The translations under genes were made by a program, and so were the position numbers. DNA of 64,000 bases from a virus. Position 1 is the first letter of the stretch, and each line of letters begins with the position of its first letter. Shown here piece by piece: positions 8,870 to 19,200 of the stretch. Under the pieces are notes generated by a model. The model had not been told where the DNA came from, ran no database searches, and saw only the letters and a program-made list of their open reading frames with translations. Where the stretch lies: the IMG/VR virus record IMGVR_UViG_3300032285_001177. One strand, given 5' to 3'.

Positions 8870-9883
8870 TTATCCTAAGAAGAATTCGAGAGGCGCTGCT
8901 TTGTTTAGCATCTCGTCTTGTAATTCTTTTATCTCTGTAATAGCTTCAGCGTATAGCTTATCTCCATCGATAGTTACGCCACCTGGTAGTTGGATTCCTT
9001 GGAACTTCTTGATATTTGTAGCCCATTGACGTTTAAACAATGCTGTCACATAGTGTCTAAACCATGGTTCATTCCATACTTTAGAGAATGTTGTAGGATC
9101 TAATGCTCTATAGCATTCAACCAATATAAAGTCACCCATAGTGAGAGCTGCATCCCAATTGATATCAAGACTCAATCTACCCATCATACGGTTAAACCTA
9201 TATAGAGGATATCCATTAAGTTCAAGATTAAGCAGAGAGATATGTTGCATAACCGTCTTATAGTAGATCAATGACGTTGAAGTCAAGTCATATAAGTCGT
9301 TAAGTCTTAGTTGGTATTGTAAGTCAAAGAGGTTCTTTGAGCTGGATGCTGCTGAGAATGGGATAACTCTTGTTACGCCATAGATGTAATCAGGAATAGG
9401 GAAATACTTAAGGTCGTATGTACCTAACGTTACGCCATCCGCATGGACAACTGCTGTAGCACCATTATCACCAGTAATAGTTTCACCTGGGATAAATGCA
9501 GCAGATGTTGTAGAGTTAAACACATGGTGTTGGATAGTCTGTTCATTTGCAATAGTTACACTCTTACATATGATGATGTTCTCAACTGCGGCCCTTCCGC
9601 TTTCACCACACACGACAGCTGTAGCACCAGAAGTGGAGCCAGTTATCTTTGTACTTTGTGGGAAGTCTGCTGAGTTTGTGCCTACGATCTTAATGGTAGA
9701 AGCTGTAATCTTTTGTTTAAGATACATGCGTTCTGCACCATCAAAGTGATATTGGTTCCAATAGTCGAGAGCTTCATCGATACGCTCCTCTAATTGAGAG
9801 TCATCAACGTTGATCTCAACTACTGGTTCACCCAAGGCCCTAAGGCAATATTCTGTTAATCCTGCTCTACTTGTAACGGCCAT
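8870..9883 (-). CDS. gp13: Neck protein
   Basis: YCLRALGEPVVEINVDDSQLEERIDEAL, KRQWATNIKKFQGIQLPGGVTIDG. Confidence 0.95.
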   Translation of the reverse strand: MAVTSRAGLTEYCLRALGEPVVEINVDDSQLEERIDEALDYWNQYHFDGAERMYLKQKITASTIKIVGTNSADFPQSTKITGSTSGATAVVCGESGRAAVENIIICKSVTIANEQTIQHHVFNSTTSAAFIPGETITGDNGATAVVHADGVTLGTYDLKYFPIPDYIYGVTRVIPFSAASSSKNLFDLQYQLRLNDLYDLTSTSLIYYKTVMQHISLLNLELNGYPLYRFNRMMGRLSLDINWDAALTMGDFILVECYRALDPTTFSKVWNEPWFRHYVTALFKRQWATNIKKFQGIQLPGGVTIDGDKLYAEAITEIKELQDEMLNKAAPLEFFLG

Positions 9884-9907
9884 TTTGTGTTCCTAGTTAT
9901 ATTATAC

Positions 9908-9921
9908 TATTTATATTTATA
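9908..9921 (-). promoter_or_regulatory. Two overlapping late promoter boxes upstream of gp13
   Basis: TATAAATA at 9914-9921 and 9908-9915 (minus strand TATAAATATAAATA). Confidence 0.8.
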
Positions 9922-9944
9922 ATAGGTTCAAAACGGCCGATGCA

Positions 9945-11630
9945 TTAAGCTTTCTTAAGGATCATCACGTTGTTAACGAACCAACCCATATGATAGCCTT
10001 GACGGCAGTAGTTGATCAGTTGGTCTTTAAGCTCAACGTCTTCAACTAAACCTTTTGCAAGGAACTTATCAAGCCAATATTGGCGAGGACGACAGTTAAT
10101 ATGTCCAACTCCACCTTGACCAGGTTTTGCTGCAGTAAAGATCAATGTACCACCAGATTCGATAGTGTTGAATACACCATCAACGATCTTGTCATTATGC
10201 ATTGGATCCATATGTTCTGCAACTTCAAACATGATAACGCAATCAGCTTGTCTTGTACCATCAAGTGTTAGCATATCTGCATAGGTGATAAGGTTCTTAC
10301 CATCTACACGAGGATCAATATCTAAACCTTCAGCGTTAACACCAATATCATCAAGCGAATAGACATACATGCCAGGACCACAACCAATGTCGAATACCTT
10401 TTTAGGGTTTACAACATCTTTGATCCATGATGCGATACGGTTTGCAAATGGTTTCTCTTCAGCTTCGATAGCTGGATAGTCGATCAGATCTGGATAGCGT
10501 GGATAATGCTTCTTAGCATAGTCCATGTTACTACGCCATGGATTCTCTTCGTACCAGCCTTGACCACCATGGATATTAAGTACAGCTTGGAAGTACTCTT
10601 CATACATACCAGCTACCTTCTCAAGCGAGAAGTTTCTTAATGCCCAATCACGGCAGTCTTGAGGACTAATCTTATCGATGTTCTTAAGTGCCCACACAAA
10701 CTCTTCCATAGTACGGCAACGGTAACCTGTAACACCATGGATATTGTTCTCTGTGAATGAACCCCAATCGGTAGTAATCGTTGGTGTACCAGAGAATAAG
10801 TTCTCGATCTGTACTCCACCGAACGGTTCAACATACATTGAAGCAACGAAAGATACTTTAGCTTTTGCCATTAGTTCTTTACGCATCTCTACGTCAGCAT
10901 AACCAATGAACTCAACGTGTTTTGGGATCTCTTTATAACCACATGCTTCAAGGTTATTTTGACCAGCAACCTTAAGCTTCATACCTGCACGCTCAGTTGC
11001 CTGGATAGCGATATGGATACCTTTACCTTCATAGACACGACCTAAGAATAAGCAGTAGTCTTCTTTTTCTTCAGGAGCAAACCTAAAGTCATCAGGATCA
11101 AAGTAGTTAGGGATAACAACATCATAGAAGTTTTGTTTACACATGCCAACCGCTTCAAGACCATAGTATGCATGCATGATAGCATAAGATTCAAAGATCT
11201 TAAACTTAGCCCAATGGCCACCTGCATAACCAATACCAGGTTCAACGCAGATTAGATCTGGATGTGCATCACAGATTGGTCTTGTACCAGAACCCCAGAA
11301 TGGAAGGATAAAGTCGTTCTTTTGTTTACGAAGACCTACTTCACGGATAGCGTTCTTATAGAACTCTTGATAGGCATGATCGCCTGTATTGAACTTGAAG
11401 AAGTTCTTACGCCAATCATAAGAACCATATGCGATCTCAAGGTCTTTGTTGGTTGTTACTGTAACATGTTCTGTACATGGTACATCTGATTCTTCATGAC
11501 CGTAGTGGATAACTTCATGACCACGTTCAGTCATCATCTTACCAAACTTCCACACCTTCTGTGTATAAGCGCAAGCTACATACTCTTTAGATGTTACCGT
11601 ATGAGGCAGACCTAAAATATGAAATCTCAT
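9945..11630 (-). CDS. GT-B (GT4-like) glycosyltransferase fused to a class I SAM-dependent methyltransferase
   Basis: N-terminal part: VIPNYFD, LFLGRVYEGKG, E-x7-E motif EPFGGVQIE, GTPTITTDWG, HGVTGY. C-terminal part: VFDIGCGPG, GLDID, FEVAEHM, GGTLIFTAA. Confidence 0.9.
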   Translation of the reverse strand: MRFHILGLPHTVTSKEYVACAYTQKVWKFGKMMTERGHEVIHYGHEESDVPCTEHVTVTTNKDLEIAYGSYDWRKNFFKFNTGDHAYQEFYKNAIREVGLRKQKNDFILPFWGSGTRPICDAHPDLICVEPGIGYAGGHWAKFKIFESYAIMHAYYGLEAVGMCKQNFYDVVIPNYFDPDDFRFAPEEKEDYCLFLGRVYEGKGIHIAIQATERAGMKLKVAGQNNLEACGYKEIPKHVEFIGYADVEMRKELMAKAKVSFVASMYVEPFGGVQIENLFSGTPTITTDWGSFTENNIHGVTGYRCRTMEEFVWALKNIDKISPQDCRDWALRNFSLEKVAGMYEEYFQAVLNIHGGQGWYEENPWRSNMDYAKKHYPRYPDLIDYPAIEAEEKPFANRIASWIKDVVNPKKVFDIGCGPGMYVYSLDDIGVNAEGLDIDPRVDGKNLITYADMLTLDGTRQADCVIMFEVAEHMDPMHNDKIVDGVFNTIESGGTLIFTAAKPGQGGVGHINCRPRQYWLDKFLAKGLVEDVELKDQLINYCRQGYHMGWFVNNVMILKKA

Positions 11631-13249
11631 TTTCTACTCCTAATATTATTCAAATAATTATTGATATCCCCATTTGGCATTGCATAACGATGTACAAGTT
11701 CTGGGTGCTTCATCTGTACTATCGTGTAGATAGCTTCTTCAGTACCGATTGCTCCAGCTTCTAGCGACTTATCGATATATTCAAAGTACTTATCATTAAA
11801 CTTCTGTATCTGTTCAGGCGTACCACCAAACAATGTTGCCCTACAGACGTATGATGGTTTTTCTCCAATCAACTCTGTCATCTTATTTATATCATACCCA
11901 TGGATCTCAGAATCAGTCCAGTATGGATATGATGTTAGTAAGAAGTTATCCTTCGGCATCTTAAGGAAGTTGTATGTACTGATAGGTTCTCTAACACCAA
12001 AACTATTAGAGAATCCAGAATCTATCCAATAGAAACGTTTGGATCCCCATGGACGGCCAACAGGATTCTTCTCAGCTACATAAGCCAATAACTCGTTCTT
12101 AATAAGAGTTAACGGTATGTAGTACTTAGATGATATGACTGAGTCCTTCATCCATGCAGATTGGTTTTTCCATTCATCTGTAGAGATAATATCTTGGATA
12201 GGTTTAAACCAACGATGGTTATCAAGATAATCTGTTGCAAGAGGGAAGCATTGAAGTCTGTTATCAGATGTAGCGATACTTAGTTCTTTACGTCTCTTAT
12301 ATAGGTACTCGTGATGCTCTTCATCTGCAAAGATAACGAGCGGGTTACGTACAGATAACAGCTTATCTAAACCTTTGATGTAATGCTCAACGAAGTCCCT
12401 ATCACCTCTATTAAGGTCGATCGCCATAGTAACGAGTGTGATGTCACCGGGATAATCATACTTTGGATCAGAGTCCATATAACGATAATCAAAGTATGGT
12501 AAAGTTCTATTCTTTTTAAGTTCTTCGGGGAAGAAGTCATGTGGAACCTTGCTATCGTCTGGTCGTTTACCTTCCATAGCAGAGCACTTATCACCTAGGT
12601 GTCTAGAGTATTCACCGTTAAGGTATGCACCTCTAAAGCCTAACCCACTAAATAAGCGATCGATGTTCCATTCATTATGCCACTTCTCTACACGACCTAA
12701 CATGATAAGGTCATCGCGGCGTCTTAGGTTTGGAGATCCAACCCAACAATGCCATGCTAGGTGACCATCAGTGATACGCCATGGTTTCTTATAGAAGAAC
12801 ATATCATCGATGAGTTCCTTCTCATATGAGTCGATACCTTGGAACTCAAACGTTCTCCATGATGTATCAACGCAACCGATATCACGATACTTCTCTAAGA
12901 TTTGTTTTGATTGGTTTAGGTAACCTGGTCGGATAAGTTCCCAGTCATCTTCAAGGTAGAAGATGTATTCACTGTCACAGTAGGATACCATGAAATCCAT
13001 GGCCCACCATTGTGAACGGTTACGGGGAAAACATACTACATCGCAGTAATCACCATACTCTTCAACAAGCTTCTCGAATACTCCATCGACAGCAGAGTCA
13101 TCTACGATCACCATCTTGGTGATATAGTCTTGTGTGTCATGGAATGATTGAAGAGTCTTAGATAAGACGTCTAGTCTATTACAGGATAGTACGAAGGTTG
13201 TTGTGTCTGAATCTGGTTGATCAACGGTGTGGATCTTCAATTGTGCCAT
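11627..13249 (-). CDS. Two-domain glycosyltransferase: GT-A (GT2-like) plus HtrL/YibB(WlaTC)-like domain
   Basis: N-terminal FVLSCNRLDVLSKTLQSF, IVDDS, YIFYLEDDW (DxD-type). C-terminal ITLVTMAIDLNR, FYWIDSG, ATLFGG, TEEAIY resemble HtrL/YibB proteins. ATGA overlap with the downstream GT gene. Confidence 0.8.
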   Translation of the reverse strand: MAQLKIHTVDQPDSDTTTFVLSCNRLDVLSKTLQSFHDTQDYITKMVIVDDSAVDGVFEKLVEEYGDYCDVVCFPRNRSQWWAMDFMVSYCDSEYIFYLEDDWELIRPGYLNQSKQILEKYRDIGCVDTSWRTFEFQGIDSYEKELIDDMFFYKKPWRITDGHLAWHCWVGSPNLRRRDDLIMLGRVEKWHNEWNIDRLFSGLGFRGAYLNGEYSRHLGDKCSAMEGKRPDDSKVPHDFFPEELKKNRTLPYFDYRYMDSDPKYDYPGDITLVTMAIDLNRGDRDFVEHYIKGLDKLLSVRNPLVIFADEEHHEYLYKRRKELSIATSDNRLQCFPLATDYLDNHRWFKPIQDIISTDEWKNQSAWMKDSVISSKYYIPLTLIKNELLAYVAEKNPVGRPWGSKRFYWIDSGFSNSFGVREPISTYNFLKMPKDNFLLTSYPYWTDSEIHGYDINKMTELIGEKPSYVCRATLFGGTPEQIQKFNDKYFEYIDKSLEAGAIGTEEAIYTIVQMKHPELVHRYAMPNGDINNYLNNIRSRK

Positions 13250-13272
13250 AAATGTTCCTCAGTTATGATATA

Positions 13273-13301
13273 ATTATACTATAGAGAGTGTTTAATGTAA
13301 A
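13273..13301 (-). promoter_or_regulatory. Sigma70-type promoter for the glycosyltransferase pair
   Basis: Minus strand TTTACA (13301-13296), 17-nt spacer, TATAAT (13278-13273); GAGG RBS before ATG 13249. Confidence 0.75.
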
Positions 13302-13303
13302 AT

Positions 13304-13311
13304 TATTTATG
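13304..13311 (-). promoter_or_regulatory. Possible late promoter variant CATAAATA upstream of the GT pair
   Basis: 7/8 match to TATAAATA, overlapping the stop of 13307..13492. Confidence 0.4.
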
Positions 13312-13492
13312 TCATCCAGTAAATTAGTTTATATCCAGAATACTCAACATCTATCTCAGGACAATGTACTTGAATATCACCTGGCAAAAATATTGCAGCA
13401 GGTGGGGTTGATAGTTGTCCTGGAGTTCCACCCCAACATTCTATCATCGTCTCATCATCTACTTTAATTAATTTATATCCAATTATTTGCAT
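13307..13492 (-). CDS. Small hypothetical protein
   Basis: 61-aa ORF with AGGAG RBS, directly after a glycine-rich gene. Confidence 0.6.
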   Translation of the reverse strand: MQIIGYKLIKVDDETMIECWGGTPGQLSTPPAAIFLPGDIQVHCPEIDVEYSGYKLIYWMT

Positions 13493-13501
13493 CGTATCTC
13501 C

Positions 13502-15537
<2,036 letters not shown>

Positions 15538-15538
15538 T

Positions 15539-15546
15539 TATTTATA
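15539..15546 (-). promoter_or_regulatory. Late promoter upstream of 14698..15531
   Basis: Exact TATAAATA, 7 nt from the ATG. Confidence 0.65.
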
Positions 15547-16246
15547 CGTATGCCCATTGAGATTCCATGTTTCTTGATGATGTACTATTTGTCCATGAAT
15601 AAGCAACTGTTGCTGTACCGGCTGTGCCTTGGCTATTATCATAGTAGTATGTTTGATCTAAATTTGGTGTTGAAAATGGGCCTGCTGTAGGATTTGCTGG
15701 TGTACCAGTTGCTATTAGCGCAGTTGGAGCTGTCGTACCAAATGAAAGATGGAAGAAGTTAAACCCACCTGCAGACATCGCTAGCGAGTTTGTTCTGCTA
15801 GTACCGGTAGCTATCGTTGTTGTACTTGACGATACATACGATAGTGTGGTCCTACCATCTAAAGTATATACCAGAAATTCTGTAGTACCATTTGCAGAAG
15901 CTCCTGATGTTACCACGCTAACAGTTACACCAGTCGTACCTGTTGTTACGTTTGCAAAGATCGCAGCATTACCACCTGATGTAGTACTACTAGGATTAGA
16001 GTATGCTATGGTTGCAGAGACACCATTAATAGTTGCGGATGTAAATGATCTTGGAGTAATCGATGTAACAGGAGTCCTAACAAAAATTATTACCCATCTA
16101 GTAGATGTTGCTGTTCCTATGTTTACACTTGCAGTCTTAGTCGCAGCAGTGCTTGCTGCCATCTGGAAAGGTCCTTGCGATGTGAGCGTGGCTATTGTGT
16201 TACTGTTACTCGAAAACGAGCCTATCAATGCTTGCATCATACTCAT
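15542..16246 (-). CDS. Thr/Ser-rich beta-sheet virion protein, likely fibre-associated
   Basis: Start reassigned to ATG 16246 (MSMMQALIG), a TAATG overlap with the stop of the 1876-aa gene. Confidence 0.7.
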   Translation of the reverse strand: MSMMQALIGSFSSNSNTIATLTSQGPFQMAASTAATKTASVNIGTATSTRWVIIFVRTPVTSITPRSFTSATINGVSATIAYSNPSSTTSGGNAAIFANVTTGTTGVTVSVVTSGASANGTTEFLVYTLDGRTTLSYVSSSTTTIATGTSRTNSLAMSAGGFNFFHLSFGTTAPTALIATGTPANPTAGPFSTPNLDQTYYYDNSQGTAGTATVAYSWTNSTSSRNMESQWAYV

Positions 16247-19200
16247 TATGTTAGACCTGCACCTGAACAATGGAATGTTGGAGTTCCACCACCGACTACA
16301 CATAAGTATGTCGCCATACCATACTGAGCTAGTGTCCTGTTACCAGTCGATGCTGTACCAGCTAGTCTGAATGTTACTGATGTACCTGCAGTAATCGTTT
16401 GTGCTGACGCAGAGTTGTTAACGATGGTGACCATATCACCAGCATTGAATACTGAGGCATTGATCGTCACACCGCCTGTAGAGATGTAGATAGTCTTACC
16501 TGCATCAGAAGCCGCGGCAATGTATGCTCCACCCTGCGTATTGATCGGTGCGGCACGCACATCTCCTTTAGAATCTGAGATAATACCAGATGCATTAATT
16601 ACACCAGTAGCACCAGTCGCGCCTGTACCCACAGTAATATTTGATGTGATAATCATGCCTGACGCATTGATTGAACCTGTTGCACCGGCCGAAGCACCAC
16701 CTACGGCTACGGCAGCATTTAATACTACAACACCAGATGCACCAATGGTTGGGGTAGTATTGATATTGATACCAGTGCCAGATATATTACCTGAAGCATT
16801 GATAGAACCTGTTGCACCTGTAGCACCAGTTCCTACTGCTAAGAGTACTGGATTAGTTCCTCCAACACCTGTAGCACCGCTTGCCCCTTGTACACCTGTA
16901 GCACCATTAATGCCTGATGCACCACTAGCACCAGATGCGCCACTAATACCAGTAGCTCCACTTGCTCCTGAGGCTCCACTTGCGCCTGATGCACCATTAA
17001 CTGCAGCTGGTCCAGTTGATCCTGTTGCACCATTGATAGCTACACCAGTTGCTCCTGATGCACCGTTGATTGCTGCTGGTCCTGTTGCACCTATCGGTCC
17101 TGTTGAACCAGTTGCGCCTGATGCTAGTAGTACACCAGCTAAGTATGCGGTATTAAAGTAAGCAGTAGTTGCAGACATCGAACCAGTAGATCCAATATAT
17201 CCTGTTGCACCTGTAGTACCTACTGCAAGGTTAGGTGATTGGATTTGACCTGATGTATTGATCGTACCAGTTGCACCAGTAGCACCAGTACCGATAGCAA
17301 GAGCTTGTGCACCCATACCTTGTGATGAGTTAATACTATTGAAAGCTGATATTGTACCCGTAGCACCTACTGATACACCACCTGCAGCAATTGCACCATT
17401 AACTAATACTGCTCCAGATGCACCGAGACCTGCATTTCCAATGCTAATACCACCAGCTAACATGTTACCAAGAGCAGTGATAGAACCCGATGCACTAACA
17501 GTTCCAGTTGCTCCAGGACTTGATGTTCCTGCACTAATACCACCTGTTATAGCTAAAGTATTTCCATCAATTCTACCTAATGCATAGATTGATCCAGTTG
17601 CACCTGAGGCTCCTATATTACCTATCTGTAGAGATTGGGCAAACATTGCTAATCCCGCTTTAATCTCTCCGGACGCTGTGATAGATCCAGTCGCACCTGT
17701 CGCACCAGTACCTACAGTTAATGTACCTGTACCTATATTAGCATTTGCAATAATAGATCCAGTTGAACCTAAGATGCCAGTGGCTCCAAGTCCAATTTGT
17801 AAGTTTTGAGTAACAGTGTTTACAGCATTAACCGCAGTTGCACCAAGCGTTGGAGTATTTACGGATAGTGAAGCAGTAATTGCACCAGTTGCACCTGTCG
17901 CTCCAGTACCAATTGCTAAGTTAGGAGCAGTGATGGTATTAGATGCCATAACTGTACCAGTCGCACCTGTAGCACCAGTACCAACAGTTAATGTACCAGA
18001 TGCTATATTAGTTGTAGCACTGATATTACCTGAAGTGTTGATAGAACCGGTTGCACCTGTTGCACCGGTACCAACTTCGATTGTTTGTACAGCGATGTTA
18101 ACAACGTTAGCAGCGGTCGCACCTAATGTTGGAGCATTAACAGATAGTGAAGCATTGATAACTCCGGTTGCGCCTGTCGCGCCTGTACCTATCGCTAAGT
18201 TTGGAGCAGATACTGTATTAGTTGTAATGATTGTACCAGTTGAACCAACTGTTGCACCACCAATAGCTAAGGTACTAGATGCTAATGCTGTAGCAGCTAT
18301 TTGTCCAGAAGCGTTAATAGAACCTGTAGCTCCTGTGGCACCAGTACCAATTTGAATTGTTTGAGCTGTAAGGTTTACGGTGTTAGCTGCAGTTGCACCC
18401 AATGTAGGAGCGTTAACAGATAATGAAGCATTGATAACACCTGTAGCACCAGTTGCTCCTGTACCGATAGCTAAGTTAGGAGCTGAGATAGTATTTGATG
18501 TGATAACAGTACCTGTAGCACCAGTTGCACCAGTTCCTACTGTTATTGTACCGTGAGAAACGTTATTTGCAAATACACCTACTAGGGCATTAATGGATCC
18601 TGTAGCACCTGTTGCACCTGTACCAACTTCAATCGTTTGTGCTGCAAGGTTTACGGTGTTAACACCAGTCGCTCCATGTGTAGGAGCATTAACAGCTACT
18701 GAAGCATTGATTGTACCTGTAGCTCCTGTGGCACCTGTGCCAACTTCAATCGTTTGTATAGCAAGGTTAGTAGCAGTTATTGTACCGCTAGCACCGGTTG
18801 CACCAGTACTAAATGATGCAGCATTAATAGATCCAGTTGCAATGATAGAGCCTGTTGCTCCAGCAGTGCCTGCACCAACAACTGCATTCTTAAGAACACC
18901 CACTGAAGTTAAGCTTGAGTTAACAACGTTAGTTCCTAATGTAGTTGAACTAAGTACTGCTACGTTATTGATATAGTATGTTAATGATGCGCCACCAAGA
19001 TTCCAGTTATCCGAAGCGTTCCAATAACCAGTGTTTGTACCAGCGGTTGTGGCTGTCGCAGCCCAACTTAATGTCTTGTCTGTTGCACCTTTAAGTGTAA
19101 CACCACCACCAGCTGCTGTAACATCTGTTACCCCGCCGATTGTTAATGTAACACCCGCAGTTGGTCCACCAGTACCAGTTAACGCTGCACTTAATGTGAT

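Noticed and set aside
9945-13249. GTs as T4-like DNA alpha/beta-glucosyltransferases
   Set aside because: Domain types (GT2-like, HtrL-like, GT4 + methyltransferase) resemble surface-glycan enzymes and sit in the virion operon with no nucleotide-modification genes in the window. Disfavoured, not excluded.
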